Below, in pieces: positions 1 through 12,011 of a DNA stretch of 64,000 bases. The notes beneath the pieces were generated by a model. It saw nothing but the letters and a program-made list of their open reading frames with translations, ran no database searches and was not told the origin of the DNA. The position numbers were made by a program, and so were the translations under genes. Numbering within the stretch: the first letter of the stretch is position 1; each line of letters begins with the position of its first letter. The stretch comes from an uncultured Armatimonadia bacterium (GTDB lineage Bacteria; Armatimonadota; Zipacnadia; CAVVLO01). The stretch is taken from positions 32,001-96,000 of the forward strand of contig CAVVLO010000001.1 in NCBI GenBank assembly GCA_963749155.1. Direction: 5' to 3'.

Positions 1-1035
1 CCGGTGGCGATGACCTGGACGCAGCGCTGCATCAGGCGCGGCGGGCTGCCGGCGAAGAAGCGCACAGTGAGGTTGGGCGCCTCGCGGCGATATTTCTCCT
101 GCAGATCGAGACAGAGCCAGGTCAGTTCATTGGTGGCATCGCGCCCATCGGCGGTCTGGCCAGCGAGGCAGACATTCCAACTGCGGCAGGCAATGAAGCT
201 CTCCCACAGCGCGGCCATAACTGGATAGGCGGCGGCATAGCGGGCTTCGGCATCACCCGGCAGCAACTCGTACCAGGGAAGGAGATACTGATCGAGGCGC
301 CCAGGCGAATCGGTCCGGTCGAGCACATGGATGAACCAGAGCAGTTGGACGGCTTCGCGCAGGTCGCGGGCAGGGCCGGTGGTAAGGTGTTCGCAGATTT
401 CGGAAATCTCCTGATAATGCGCTCGGTCGGCTTCATCCTGCGCTTCGGCGGCAAGCTCTCGGGCGCGCGCGACGTGATTGCTGATGAAGGTGCCGATGCC
501 CGCGCAGACGTGCAGCAGGCCGCGATACCAGCCCAGGGTTGCCTCGGCAGCGCCTGTCTCCTCTGCGATGGAAAGGTGCCGTTGGACGTAGTCCGTGAGG
601 CCGGTGACACCGTGGTTCAGGACATACTCGTAATTGAGGATGGCGTGACCGCCCCAACCGCCGCCCCAACCCAGGGAAGGCTCTTGCAAAGTAGCCTTTT
701 CTTCTGCTGTAAAGCTTGGCTTCAATCGCATGCCAGAAGGCAGCGCCCGTCGTGTGGGACTGCCACTCTTCAAGCACTGCGCGGGCTTCAGCTTCGTGCT
801 CAGTGTCTAGCAGGAAGTCAGGCACACCGCTCGCAGTGTAGAGGCCGCCGTGGTCGAGTAGCACCAGGGAGGCAGAACCAGGCCTTCCAGCCAGGAGATT
901 ATCGCGCAAGACTACCGGCTCGCGGGAGGAGTATTCGGCTTCGAGCGCGCAGCCGAGGGCTTCATCATAGCCCGCGCCTTGGTTCGTCGCCTCGGCAAAG
1001 GCGCGGCTAAAAGAGAACACTGCGTCAGTCTTCAT
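1..1035 (-). CDS. Glycyl radical enzyme (PFL/PFL2-like family), N-terminal part; runs off the window; +1 frameshift at ~711-713
   Basis: Removing one A at 711-713 gives a continuous frame ...GWGGHAILNYEYVLNHG...LLWFIHVLDRTDSPGRLDQYLLPWY...NVCLAGQTADGRDATNELTWLCL...APNLTVR, which are typical PFL-family motifs. The ATG at 1035 overlaps the upstream stop (TGATG). Confidence 0.8.
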
Positions 1036-3087
1036 CAAACTGGAGCCCTCCAGAGAAGCGTTTCGCTAGATAATAACAGCTGGTACCGGATTTGCGCCTT
1101 CACCAGGCAGCTTGTTTTGAAGGGCGGCAGGTGAAGCTCCAGCTCGCCAGCCTCGAAGCGCCACAGGCACTCGGTCCTTGCGGTGTCGCACCAGACCTCA
1201 ACCGCTTCGGGCCTGGGTGACTTCAATCTGAGCAACAAGCCTTTGGCTTGCTCATCAGAATGATTGACTAAATACGCTCCCAGAGATTGTTTCCCTGTAA
1301 GGGGCATACAGGTGACCTCAGGCGAGTCGGGCAAGAGGGTTAAGCTTCCGGCCAGACCAGCTTCTCTCAGGGCGCGCATCGCGGCCAGGCGCTCGGGGGC
1401 AGCCTGCGCCAAGGTGCGCTGCCAAAGCAACTGGGGAGGGGTATCTCCGGCGTGGCCATCCCGCACCAGTGGGCCCCAATAAGGAGGCGCCGAGGTCGGG
1501 GAGAGCCTTGCGAGAGAGGCCTTTGGGGGAAAGCCGAGTGCCGCCTTCGTCTCTTTCTGCAAATCGCCCACTCGTGATAAGCAATCCGCCCCGACCGGAG
1601 TAGTCACTTAGCTCTGCAAGGGCCTTCTTCGGCAGCACAGCGCAGTCCGGCACGACCACCCAGGGGTAGTCCTCGAGGGAGAGGCCAGCTTCCAGGTCGC
1701 GGAGAGTGACCAGATCGACCCCAAGCTGCATACTGCGAAGCAGCTTGTACCAACCGAGATAGCTGGCCGGGTCGTTTTTGAAGCCTTCGGCGTCCTTTGG
1801 TGAGGCGGGCAGCACCGGTACGATAAGCGCGCCGTCAGGTTTGGGCTCAAGTCCCTCGGTTATTTGGATTGCGCGTTTGCCCTCATCCACCATAGAGCGC
1901 AACTCGTCCATCGGCCAGTCGGGGTAGAAGTTGAAATCAGTCGCGCCGTTCCAGCAGCAGTATTGCAGGCCGGTCGCGCCATGCTGGACGGCCGCGTGGG
2001 TCGCGCGCAGCATTGGGAGATAACCGATATGGACACCCGCGGCAAAATCGAGCAGGTCGAGGATCCACATAGGCTTGCCAGCCTTGCGCGCCAGGTCGAG
2101 GCCCGCTTCGATCCGGTGGGGATCGCCTTCCGAAAGGGGAAGTTGCATCGCCAGCACATCGAGAGCTTCGGCGCGGCGGGCGACTTCGTCCACTCCCACG
2201 GCAGCCCACTGGCGATAGTCCCATTCCGCGACCGAGCCCCAGGCGAAGGTCAGATAACTGGTCACAGGACGCGAGGGATCGATGCGCTTGATTTGGGTGG
2301 CCAGAGCGTCCATCGCCTCGGCCGAGGTCTCCTCCCAGAAGCGCTGCCAGTCGGAAGTAGCTGTGTCCGTATTGGTATAAGCAGGTTGGGGGCCGTGATA
2401 GAGCACCTGTATCAGCCCAGGGCGCTTGCGAGCGAAAAGCTCCGGGACGACCAGCCGGGGTGGCTCCACCTCGCCAAAACTGGTGTAATCTGCGCCCCAG
2501 GCGGTATTGAGCGCTTTCAATTTGCCATATCGCCCCTCCAGCCACTGGTGGAAACGCGCCAGGTCGGCCTGGTTGTAGCGATATTCGGCTGGGAACCACC
2601 ATTCCACCCCCGCGACATAATGGGTCACGAGCCCTTCGCGGTCGACGCGCCGGATATGCTTCAGGACGGTTTGGAGGAAGCGCTCCTGGGCTTGCTGGAA
2701 AAGAGCAGAGGTCAGGCTCGGAATATGGCTGTCCGTTCCATCAACGCCCAGCCCGTTCTGGCCGGCTGCGCTGGTCTCCTGCCTAAGCCAGATGGGGCTG
2801 CAAAAAATATTGCATTCCAGCAGCAGCACAATCCGGTAGCCGCCTTTACGCGCGGCCTCGAGTTGGCGGTCAAGGGGCACAAGGTCAATATGGCCTTTCT
2901 CCCTTTCCATATAAACCCAGGCGGCCCGAGCCAGCATTGTCGTGGCGCCGGACTCTGGCACCTGGTCGGTGCCGACATCCACATAAGGATAATGCCAGAT
3001 GAATCCAACGGCTGGCTCTTCTGCCCTTGCGGCCTGGGGCTTAATCAAGAGTATCAGCAAGGCGAATAACCCAAGCAGAAATCGCAT
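1035..3087 (-). CDS. Secreted beta-galactosidase-like protein (GH42-like TIM barrel plus trimerisation-like domain); +1 frameshift at ~1481
   Basis: Signal peptide MRFLLGLFALL with GGAGG RBS. Motifs FHQWLEGRYGKLKALNTAWG, DWQRFW and LEDYPWVVVPD. ORFs 1318..3126 and 1035..1607 join when one base is removed. Confidence 0.7.
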
Positions 3088-3218
3088 CGAGCCACCTCCG
3101 AAGTGGTGCAGGCAGCATAACTGCACGGCGCAGGTTGGTCAACGGCCTGGGCAGGAAGAAAGCCTGCTTTCGTCGAACCTTGTTTGCATCCGCCGGCTTG
3201 CGTAACAGGAGGGGGCAG

Positions 3219-4895
3219 ATGCAGTTCTCCACACTCGACCTCATCGTAGTGCTGGTCTATCTGGTTGGCATCTTCGTTTTGGGCATCTGGCAGGCCAGGC
3301 GCATCAAAGGCTCTGGCGATTATTTCGCCGGGGGAAGAGGGTTCAACCGCTTCCTGATGATGATGCACGCGCTGGGAACCGGCACCCACGCGGACGACCC
3401 CGTCGGGGTCGTCGGAGCGAGCTTCCAGCGCGGTTTTTCAGGCATCTGGTACACCTTTGTCTATCTCTTCTGCACACCTTTTTACTGGTTAATAGCGCCC
3501 TTTTTCAGGCGCAGCAGGATGCTGACCACCTCTGACTTCTTCGAGACGCGCTTCAGCAAGCGGCTGGGCCTGCTCTACACGGTGATGGGCAGCCTTACCT
3601 TTACTGTAAACATCGGTACCATGCTGAAGGGCACCGGCACAGTGGCTGCAGCCGTGACCCAGGGGGTCATCCCCGAGTGGCTTGCGGTCGTCGTAATGGC
3701 GGTTATCTTCGTGGCTTACGGCACAGCCGGTGGCCTTATCGCGACTGTGGTGACTGAATCGGTTCAGGGCTTGCTGATAGTCGTAATGAGCCTGCTGCTG
3801 GTGCCCTTCGGCCTGATGCATGTAGGAGGCTTTGCGGGTCTGCATAACTTGCTGGACGGCTCCAAGTTCAGCCTGGCGACGCCCGAGGAACTGTCAATCG
3901 CCTGGATTGTCGCTGCGACCATCGCAAGCCTCATCGGCATTGTTGCTCAACCGCACACTATGGAGGTCTGCTCCACCGGCAAGACCGAATGGGAGGGCCG
4001 TGTTGGCTTTACCTACGGCAACTTTATCAAGCGACTCTGCGCCCTCGGCTGGGCGGTCACGGGCGTCATCGTGCTGGCGATGGTAGCTCAGGGCACGTTG
4101 CCGGAACTTGCCCATCGCGAGGATGCTTTTGGCACCGCTATCCGGGTACTGCTGCCGAGTGGCTTCACCGGGCTGATGCTGGCGGCGATCCTGGCCGCGC
4201 AGATGTCCACTCTCTCGGCCTTTATGGTCGCAGGCTCGGCGCTGCTGTCGCGCAACGTCTACCGCGGCTGGCTCAATCCCGCCGCAAGCGATGAGAGCGT
4301 GGTAAAAGTCGCGCGATATGCTGGCCTCCTGGTGGTGCTGGCAGGGGTCGCTTTCGCCTTCATCGTGCCGGGAGTCGCGGATGCGCTGACCTACTTCTGG
4401 GCGATCACGACCTTCACTGGAGTCTCGATCTGGTTTGGCACTCTGTGGCGCAAGACCACGGCGGCCGGCGCCTGGGCGTCCTTCTTCGTTATGGTGGTCA
4501 TCTGGATTGCCCTCGGCCCGCTCGGTGGTCCCTTGAAGCACCTGCTGCCGCAGTTCGGCTGGCTTGGGATATACGGCGACAAGGCGCAGCTGCCGTGGCT
4601 GCTGCTCTCCTACCTGCCTGCGGGCCTCCTCGCGCTGGTGGTGGGCAGCCTGCTCGGCAGGCCGGTGTCCGAGAAGCGCCTCGATGACTTCTACCTGCTG
4701 ATCAAGACCCCTGTTGGGGAGGAGGGGCGTCTGAAAGAGGCAGGCGTGGACGTCATCTACGCGGGCCAGAGCGAAGGCCATCCGTGGGAACTGAAGCATC
4801 CGCGCCTCGTGAACTGGCTCGGTTTTGGCTTCGCCTTCCTGGTTTCGCTCGCTTTCCTGGGGCTGCTATGGCTGGTCGCCGGCTGGGGCGGCTAG
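3219..4895 (+). CDS. Sodium:solute symporter (SSS) family protein
   Basis: Many TM helices, DYFAGGR, GLMLAAILAAQMSTLS motifs. RBS AGGAGG before ATG 3219. Confidence 0.92.
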   Translation: MQFSTLDLIVVLVYLVGIFVLGIWQARRIKGSGDYFAGGRGFNRFLMMMHALGTGTHADDPVGVVGASFQRGFSGIWYTFVYLFCTPFYWLIAPFFRRSRMLTTSDFFETRFSKRLGLLYTVMGSLTFTVNIGTMLKGTGTVAAAVTQGVIPEWLAVVVMAVIFVAYGTAGGLIATVVTESVQGLLIVVMSLLLVPFGLMHVGGFAGLHNLLDGSKFSLATPEELSIAWIVAATIASLIGIVAQPHTMEVCSTGKTEWEGRVGFTYGNFIKRLCALGWAVTGVIVLAMVAQGTLPELAHREDAFGTAIRVLLPSGFTGLMLAAILAAQMSTLSAFMVAGSALLSRNVYRGWLNPAASDESVVKVARYAGLLVVLAGVAFAFIVPGVADALTYFWAITTFTGVSIWFGTLWRKTTAAGAWASFFVMVVIWIALGPLGGPLKHLLPQFGWLGIYGDKAQLPWLLLSYLPAGLLALVVGSLLGRPVSEKRLDDFYLLIKTPVGEEGRLKEAGVDVIYAGQSEGHPWELKHPRLVNWLGFGFAFLVSLAFLGLLWLVAGWGG

Positions 4896-5987
4896 GCCCC
4901 TGCGCTCAGTTCGGCTACGACCTGTTTCACGCGTTCGAGGTTGGCGCGTGGCGTGCCGACGGGCGGCGGCACCTGCAGGATGAAGCCGTGATAAAGGTCC
5001 AGCCCCTTCAGCACCTGGTGGAGATGAGCTTCGACAGCATCAGGTGTCCCGAAGCGCATCACGGCGGGCGCCGGCGTGCACATCAAGCCGATATGGTCTC
5101 CCAGCAGGGCCTGGGCCTTGCGGAAGTCTACATCCCCAGTCGGCGGCGGCGTCACCCAGTCGATGGCGTCGATACCACTATCCACCAGAGAGGGCAAAAA
5201 ACCATCCATATGGCCGCAGTCGTGCAAAACCAGTGTCTTGCCATAACTGTGGGCGATCTCGGCGAAGGCCCGATAGGCGGGCAAAATATATCTGGCGAAT
5301 TGCTCGGGCGAGAAGTAGAGGGTAGTCGCATCATCCCAGAAGACCAGCACCTGGGCCGGAGTGTTCGCGGCGAGCGCTTCCAGCTCTTCCAGCGCCTTGC
5401 GCAGCATCACCTCGAGGGTAGCCTCGACCACGGCGGTGTGGTCCTCCAGGTCGTAGACAAGCTGCACCAGGCCAACCCATACTCGACCTAGATCCATCAA
5501 GGGAGAGGAGCTGAAAGCATTGTAGCCGATGCCGTCCTCCCCGATATAAGCAAGTCGGTCGCGCACCGCCTGGATACCCTCCTGACTGACCTGGATCTCC
5601 TGGTCTTCGAACAAGGCCATCAAGGCCTCGTAGTCGGCTGGGCCCTGGACACAGTGATCCACGAGGAAAGCAGTGTTGGCCTCGCCTGAGGGGCGAGTCC
5701 GCGCGCGCAAAGTACCGGCGGGAGTGCGGTATTCGGCCAGCCAGTCGCCGTCCTCAACGCCTGATTCGACCTGACACTCGCGCTGAGGTCTGCCCACGAT
5801 ACCGGGCATCGAGCCGGTCATGCACCATCCCGCCCGCCCAATGGCACAGCGCCACCATATCGAAGGGATTCAGCAGCTCGGGGGGCGTGTCAGCGGTCAG
5901 GTTGAAGCCATCCAGAGTGACGGTATAGGGCACTTCGTCTACGCGCTCGCACCGCAGAGCGGCAAGGAACCTCTCGCGACCAGTCAT
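4892..5987 (-). CDS. Uroporphyrinogen decarboxylase (URO-D/MtaA-CmuA-like) family protein; +1 frameshift at ~5804-5806
   Basis: N-terminus MTGRERFLAALRCERVDEVP. Core SPEQFARYILPAY, LHDCG, IDWVTPPPTGD. The two ORF halves join after removing one base. Confidence 0.8.
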
Positions 5988-6102
5988 GGCTCTCTCCAGG
6001 AAGCAGCAGTCGGGGCAGTTTCGCCGAAGCAGGGGGGCTTCCTGCCTGGCCGAATATGCGCCAAAGCCCTTAGGGGCGTTTCTTGCAGTGGGGAGGCCGG
6101 CA

Positions 6103-9100
6103 ATGTCGCGCTGCCCGCACAACCTGACGTGCTTGCTCACCGGCCGCCTGGCCGGACTCATCCTGCTGCTCTCGGGAGTGGCCCTTGCGATGGAACCTGC
6201 CCTCAAGCTTCTGCCCTGGCCTCAGCACCTCGATTATCTGGAGGGAGAAGTGTGTCTCGGCCCACCCAAACTCGCGCCTGGCAGCTCGACTGGCCAGAAG
6301 GCCGCGCTCGCACTGGATTATCTGGGGCGCGCGCTTGCCAATTTCGGGTCCAGCGCTTCCTGTAAGGCTGGGTTGCCTTGAAGAGGGTACTGGAGACCAG
6401 TGGCTGCAGCCGGATGAGACGACCTTCCTCCAGGCTGCCGACACGAGTGAGGAAGCCTACGTTTTACGCCTCGATGCAAGTGGCGCAACGCTCGTCGGGA
6501 AGAACACTCAAGGGCTGCTTTGGGCTGCCCAGACGCTGGTGCAAATCGCAAAATCCGTCGATGAGAGGGCGCCTGCCCTTGCCATACGCGACTGGCCGAC
6601 GCTCGAGTGGCGGTGCCTGTCGCCCACGATGACCTGGTACTCGGGTTGGAACCGCCTCGAGGGTTACGACCTTTGCAACTGGACCTTGGACGAGTGGAAG
6701 TGGCTGGTCGACTGGTCTGTTGAACAAAAAATCAATTGCTGGGCGATGTGCCTCTATGGCTTCTGGCCTTTCACTCTGGACGGGTTCGAGGAGAGCATAC
6801 TGGACGTGGAGTCCTTCTATTTCGACCCGGCCACCGGCGAGAAGACCCCCTATCAGTTTGTCCATCGCAATATAAAGCGAGAGTTCCTCCCCGAGCTGCT
6901 TGCCTACGCGGAAGAGCGCGGTGTCAAAGTATATGCCTACATCGGGAAGAACTCCTTCAACGGGGGCTATATCATCCGGCACCCCGAGGCCAATGCGGGC
7001 GGGGCCGCCGAGGCGCTGCCCTTCGAGCCGGGCGTTGCCGAGTATTGGGATGCCTTCATCGGACGGTTGCTCGAGTGCGGCTTCGATGGCTTCGTATTCG
7101 AAGATCCCGAAGCGTATCACGTCCCCAACGGCAATCTGGGCTGCTGGGAGACTTTCTGGAAGCCCTGGGCTGAAGAATATGGCTACAGCTCGCCTGCCGA
7201 AACCGATGCCAACAAGCCCCCCCTCGGCGTCCATGTGGAATATTACACCTGGCTTTTCCGCCAGTTCGATGAGAGCATCCAGCGCCATGCAAAGCGACTG
7301 GGGAGAGAGCCGGAACTCTATCTAATCTCCCACTTCTTGCTGTCGCGCATACTGGGCGAGGCAGGCAGCGAAGAGAAGGCCCGCGAATGGCTGAAGCTGG
7401 TGGACGAGAAGCAGGGCCATCCCGTGAAGTATATCGTCGCCGAGGGTACCGAACCGCGCTTCGTTGAGCTGCTCGGGCAGGACCGGGTCGCGAGCCTGGG
7501 GGGTCGCGGGGGCAGTTGCCTTTGCGCCTGGCGGCGGATGACCGGAGTTAACAGCAACGCGGTCGGCGGCCCGATGGGCGCCAGCGTGGACTGGGAGCGC
7601 GATTGCCAGCGGCGGGTGGCGCGGGCTGGTGGCTTCGGCGCAATGGCTTACACCTTCGAGTGGCGCAGCAACGAGATCTATGGCTACATCGGGGCGCAGC
7701 ATCTGTGGAACCCCATCGGCGTGCCGGGCATCGACAACGAGGACCAGACAGGTTTCCTCGACTGGGCTTACCGGGTCCATTACGGCGATAAGGCAGGCGC
7801 GCTGGTCGCCAAGGCCCTCGACACCAGCGCCAATGTAAACGATGCGATGGTGCTGGAAGAGGTCCATGGCTCGCAGTATCCAGAGACCGGAAGAGCGCTC
7901 CATCGAGATTATCAGTTGCTGGCAGCCCAGGCGGATGAGGCGCTGGCTCTCGCCTACGAAGCTTATCGCGACTTCACCGGCAGGGAGCCGAACCTCGAAG
8001 CGCCCGACTATCAACCTGAGGCTTTCCACTGGGCTGGGCCTGATGACACCGAGGACAAACTCTTCAAGGCCGAATCGCTTCGGTGGCTCTGTGTCGAGCT
8101 TAAGCGCGCCCAGGTGCTGTGCGAGGCAGCGCTTGCCCATCGCAAGGCCGCAAGCCTGGCAGCAAAGGGCGCTGCTTCAAGCAGAATTGATTCCACTACT
8201 CGAGCGATGCGTAGTCCTGGCGCGGACCAACCAACGGCTCTACCAGGTCAACTTCGAGGACGATTACAACTGGAACGATGGCCTCTCGGTAAACCTGACC
8301 GAGCGTTTCGAGGCGTTACTGGCACTTGCGAAGGCCCAGCCGGCGGGCGAGATGCTGACCTCGGAGCTTGGCCACTCCGATCCGCTGCCATGGGAGAAAC
8401 TCACCGACCTGCTGCCGACACCGAGCCGGGCCCCGGGCTGCGGTTGGAGTTGAAGCTTGGGCTTAACTCCCTGCGGTCCTACCAGTGTCACGGGGTGGTC
8501 TACTCGGTGCTGGCCCAAGTCGGCGGTGACTGGCGGCTCCTCTTCCGCCGCACAGTTGGCAAGAACGCCACCGACTGGGAGCCCTGGGAGATTTCCTTGC
8601 CAGAAGGCACAACTGCTGTGAGACTGGAGACCGACAGCTACACGCGCGCCCAGGCCAGAGCTTCACTGCCCTTCGATTGGGCGCTGTGGGGCGATGTGGA
8701 GCTTGTGCGCGTGGACGCGGCGGGCGACCGCACGCTAGTGGCGCAGCTGGCAGATTCTCTCGATAAAGTGCAACGGTTTGTGGTGATGGATTCCGACGGC
8801 TTGGTGCGGCCTTTCGACGGGCCGGAAGTGGATTCCACCGGCGCCGAAGTCAGAAACCTTGCCCCTGGTCTGGTCCAGCAACTGCGCGCCAGTGAAGGCG
8901 CCACCTGGCAGTGGGTAGACGGTTACACAACTGAAAGCGAACCTGGCGCCCCTCACGCCTCGCCCTACCCAAGTTACGCGGGCACCTTCTCCTCCTGGTG
9001 GGGTTACGCGAGAGAACTCGGCGAGGTGACCTGGGCTACCGCGCCTGTGCCGGAGGCGAAGCGCACTGCTTTCGTTTTCATCGGCGGCACCGACTATACG

Positions 9101-9493
9101 CCTGGCACTGCCGAGTTACTGGTAAACGGGCAGCGCGCGCTGGGCTTTACTACCGGCAGCAGTAGAGACGCCCTCTGGCGCGAGGGCGAGGTGGAACTGC
9201 GCTACTTCCACAAGGCCGACACGCGTGATGAGCGCATCACCTATGGCCTCAGCGGGGTCTTCGTGCTGGTGTTGCCGGCCGAACTCCTCCAAACTGGCCA
9301 GCCTGTCGAACTGACCGTGCGAGTGCTGACCGAGGGCCAGTCCTGGTTTATGCTGCATGGGATCGAGCAACCTCTTGCTCGCGCGGATGGGGTTTCCCCA
9401 CCGGCGGGGGCGAAAGCAGTCCTTACTGCCTTCACCCCTCGCGCTGAGGGCAAGTGGGGCGTGACTGGACTGGAATGGGAGTTACCCAATTAG
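6103..9493 (+). CDS. Large secreted glycoside hydrolase-like protein with GH20 N-terminal (zincin-like) domain; indels at ~6347, ~8177 and ~8432
   Basis: Signal peptide then LLPWPQHL, EEAYVLRL, GLLWAAQTLVQI, IRDWPTLEWR (GH20b-like). RBS GGGAGG at 6091. Segment 8178-8432 reads sensibly only in the alternative frame (QAELIPLLERC...FEDDYNWNDGL). Confidence 0.65.
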
Positions 9494-11853
9494 CTAGGGC
9501 TCTCGCTTCACGATCCTGACGCCAAAGGCGCCGCCGGCCATATTGCCCGGCTGGGCCTGCAAAGCGTACTGTTACCTGCTCTTTACCCGTCGTTAGTTCG
9601 ACTGGCAGCGGCACTTCCTCATCGTAGAATCGGCCAGGCTGGTTGTTACTCAGTGAGTGGGTGGCTACCTTTACGCCCTCCACCAGCACATCGAATACTC
9701 GCGGGCCTGAGTCGCTGCCCCAATAAGTTATGATCAAGTCGACTGGCTGATCTGGTAGCACAGCCATATTAAACGAGAACCAGCCCTGATCGGCGTCGCG
9801 CCAGCCTTTGTCACGCAAGGCGCCAGTGCGAGAACGTTCTCCCTGCACGCCGTGGGTCGCTTCGGAAGCCCCATCTCCAGGCTGGCAGAAATCCACTGTG
9901 CGCGCCTGGAGGGCTGCCAATCGTGCCGCTTCGGCGCGGCGTTCGGTCTCCATTTGCTTCCAGCCTTCGCGCGTCATCAAATCAAAGTAAACACTGTAGT
10001 AGGCTCCGTGTACGGTATAGAAAGGCTTGAAAAGGATGTCCTCCGGCAGGCCTGCCTTGTGAGAAGTGAAAGTCAAAGGCTGGTCTGGGACTGGCTGTAT
10101 CCAGCGCTCCAGAGGGCGGTTCTCGGGCAGGAAGACAGGCGCTGGGCCAGTCTCGGAGCCGATCTGTCCAAGCTCGCCTGCCAGCACCAGTGGCCCATAC
10201 ATCACCGCAACGCGGCTGGGATTGTCCGGCATCGGTTCGAGATGCAGCCCCATCGGCAACGCGACCTCCAGCACATCACCGCCCCGCCATTCACGTTCGA
10301 TCGAGACAAAACCGGCCTCAGTTTCACGTCCGGCTACAGGTTTGCCATTTAGCAGAAGCGCCATAGGCCCAGCCAGCCAATACGGCTTGCGCAGCAGCAC
10401 TTCAAGCTTCACCGGGCGCTGGCAGTCAAAGCTGAATTTGGTCGCTGGCTCCTCGGGGAAGGTTGTCGCCTGCGTCAGCTTCAGGCCCTTCTCGGCCCAG
10501 GCAAGCTCGGAGGGGAGGTAGAGATTCACCCAAAGGGCGTCCTGGGAGTGGAAATATATCCCCTCGCCATACCTGGCGTGGTTCTCGATGCCCGTCCCAG
10601 TGCAGCACCAGAAGGAATCGTGGGGTGTTGAGTAGACCTTGAAGCCGCCTGGCTTCAGCGAGACGTAATAACACATCATCCCATCGCCTGGATTCTGCGA
10701 GGCCAGGATGTGGTTGAACAGCGCGCGTTCGTAGAAGTCGCCGAGCTCGGTGGTTGGCGCCAGCTCAATCAGGTGGCGCGTGAGTTTGAGCATATTATAG
10801 GTATTGCAGGTCTCCATCGTGCTGGGAGAGAGATATTCTGCCAGGAGGTCAGAGGGGCTAAAGGCTTCCCCATCGCTATGACCGCCTGTCGCATAGGAGT
10901 GATGATGCGCGACTCTGTCCCAGAAGAAACGCGATATGGTCAGGTAACGTTCTTCACCCGTCAGCTCGTAAAGGCGCGCCATACCTAGGACCTTGGGTAT
11001 CTGTGTGTTGGCATGGATTCCCCCAAGGCGGTCTTCGCCAGCCGCAAGCGGGTCCAGGATGGCCCGGTGGAAGAATCTCTTCGAGAGGGTAAGGTAACGC
11101 TCCTCTCCAGTGAGGGCGTAGAGATTGGCCAGCGCCTCGTTCATCCCGCCATGCTCGCAGGCGAGCATCTGTTGCCACTGCTCATCGGTCAGTTTGGCAG
11201 TAGTCTCGATGGCCCAGTCGCCAAAATCGGCTGCGATACGCTTGGCTTCGTTGTTGTCACAGTACAGCCAGGCATCCACGAGCCCTGCCAGCAGCTTGTG
11301 CAATGTGTACCAGGGTACCCAGAGCCCATTGAGATCGAAGCCCTGGCTAGTGATTTTCCCTTCGGCGATCTCGGCAAAGACGCGCTCACCCTCGGGGATG
11401 CCTCCCACATAACCAGTTCCGTATTGGGCCTGGCAAAGAGCCAACTCGCCCACAATATAGTCTACGCGCTCCTTGAAGCGCTCATCACCTGTCGAGGCAT
11501 ACATCATCGAGCAGGCCGAAAGATAATGCCCCAGTGTGTGGCCTGATACCCCACCTGTCTCCCAGCCGCCATACAGCTCTCCTTTGGGCTCCAATCCTGC
11601 GTACTCGTGGAACCGGTGCAACAGCCGGTCAGGTTCGAGTTCCAGCAGGTATTCGGCATCCTTCTGCTGCGCGTGCTGGAAAGGGCCAGGCAGCAATCGG
11701 ACTTCGTGCAGGCTGAAAGGTAAAGCTTCAAGCCTGGCCGACGGCAAGACCTTTACCCGAGCACTATCGTATTCTGGCCAGTTGGCCGCCATCGCAGCGT
11801 TCATCAGCAATCCTCCGAATATGAACAGCGCCAGTTGAGGCAGATAATTTCAT
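9494..11853 (-). CDS. GH127-family beta-L-arabinofuranosidase-like protein with C-terminal extra domain; +1 indels at ~11849 and ~9562
   Basis: Motifs YGGWE, GHTLGHYLSA, EHGGMNE, HANTQIPK, ETCNTYNMLK, FWCCTGTG. Correcting the indels gives signal peptide MNYLPQLALFIFGGLLMNAAMAA after GGAGG, and C-terminus ...NMAGGAFGVRIVKREP-stop at 9494. Confidence 0.88.
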
Positions 11854-12011
11854 CTGTCGATACCTCCCAAATCCGAGTGTCCAGTAAAAAATATTCGACG
11901 CTTTTGGCCGGTTTCTTGCATATCGCCCTAAGGGAGGAGGCCGAAACTTCCGATAAGGCAGTCTGGAAGGGATTTCCAGGCCTGTTTGGCCTCATCCAGG
12001 GACGGTGCGGT

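Noticed and set aside
1864..3069. 401-aa plus-strand ORF and similar long antisense ORFs (24295-25326, 46404-47675, 60270-61286)
   Set aside because: Each fully overlaps a well-supported gene on the opposite strand and has no motifs.
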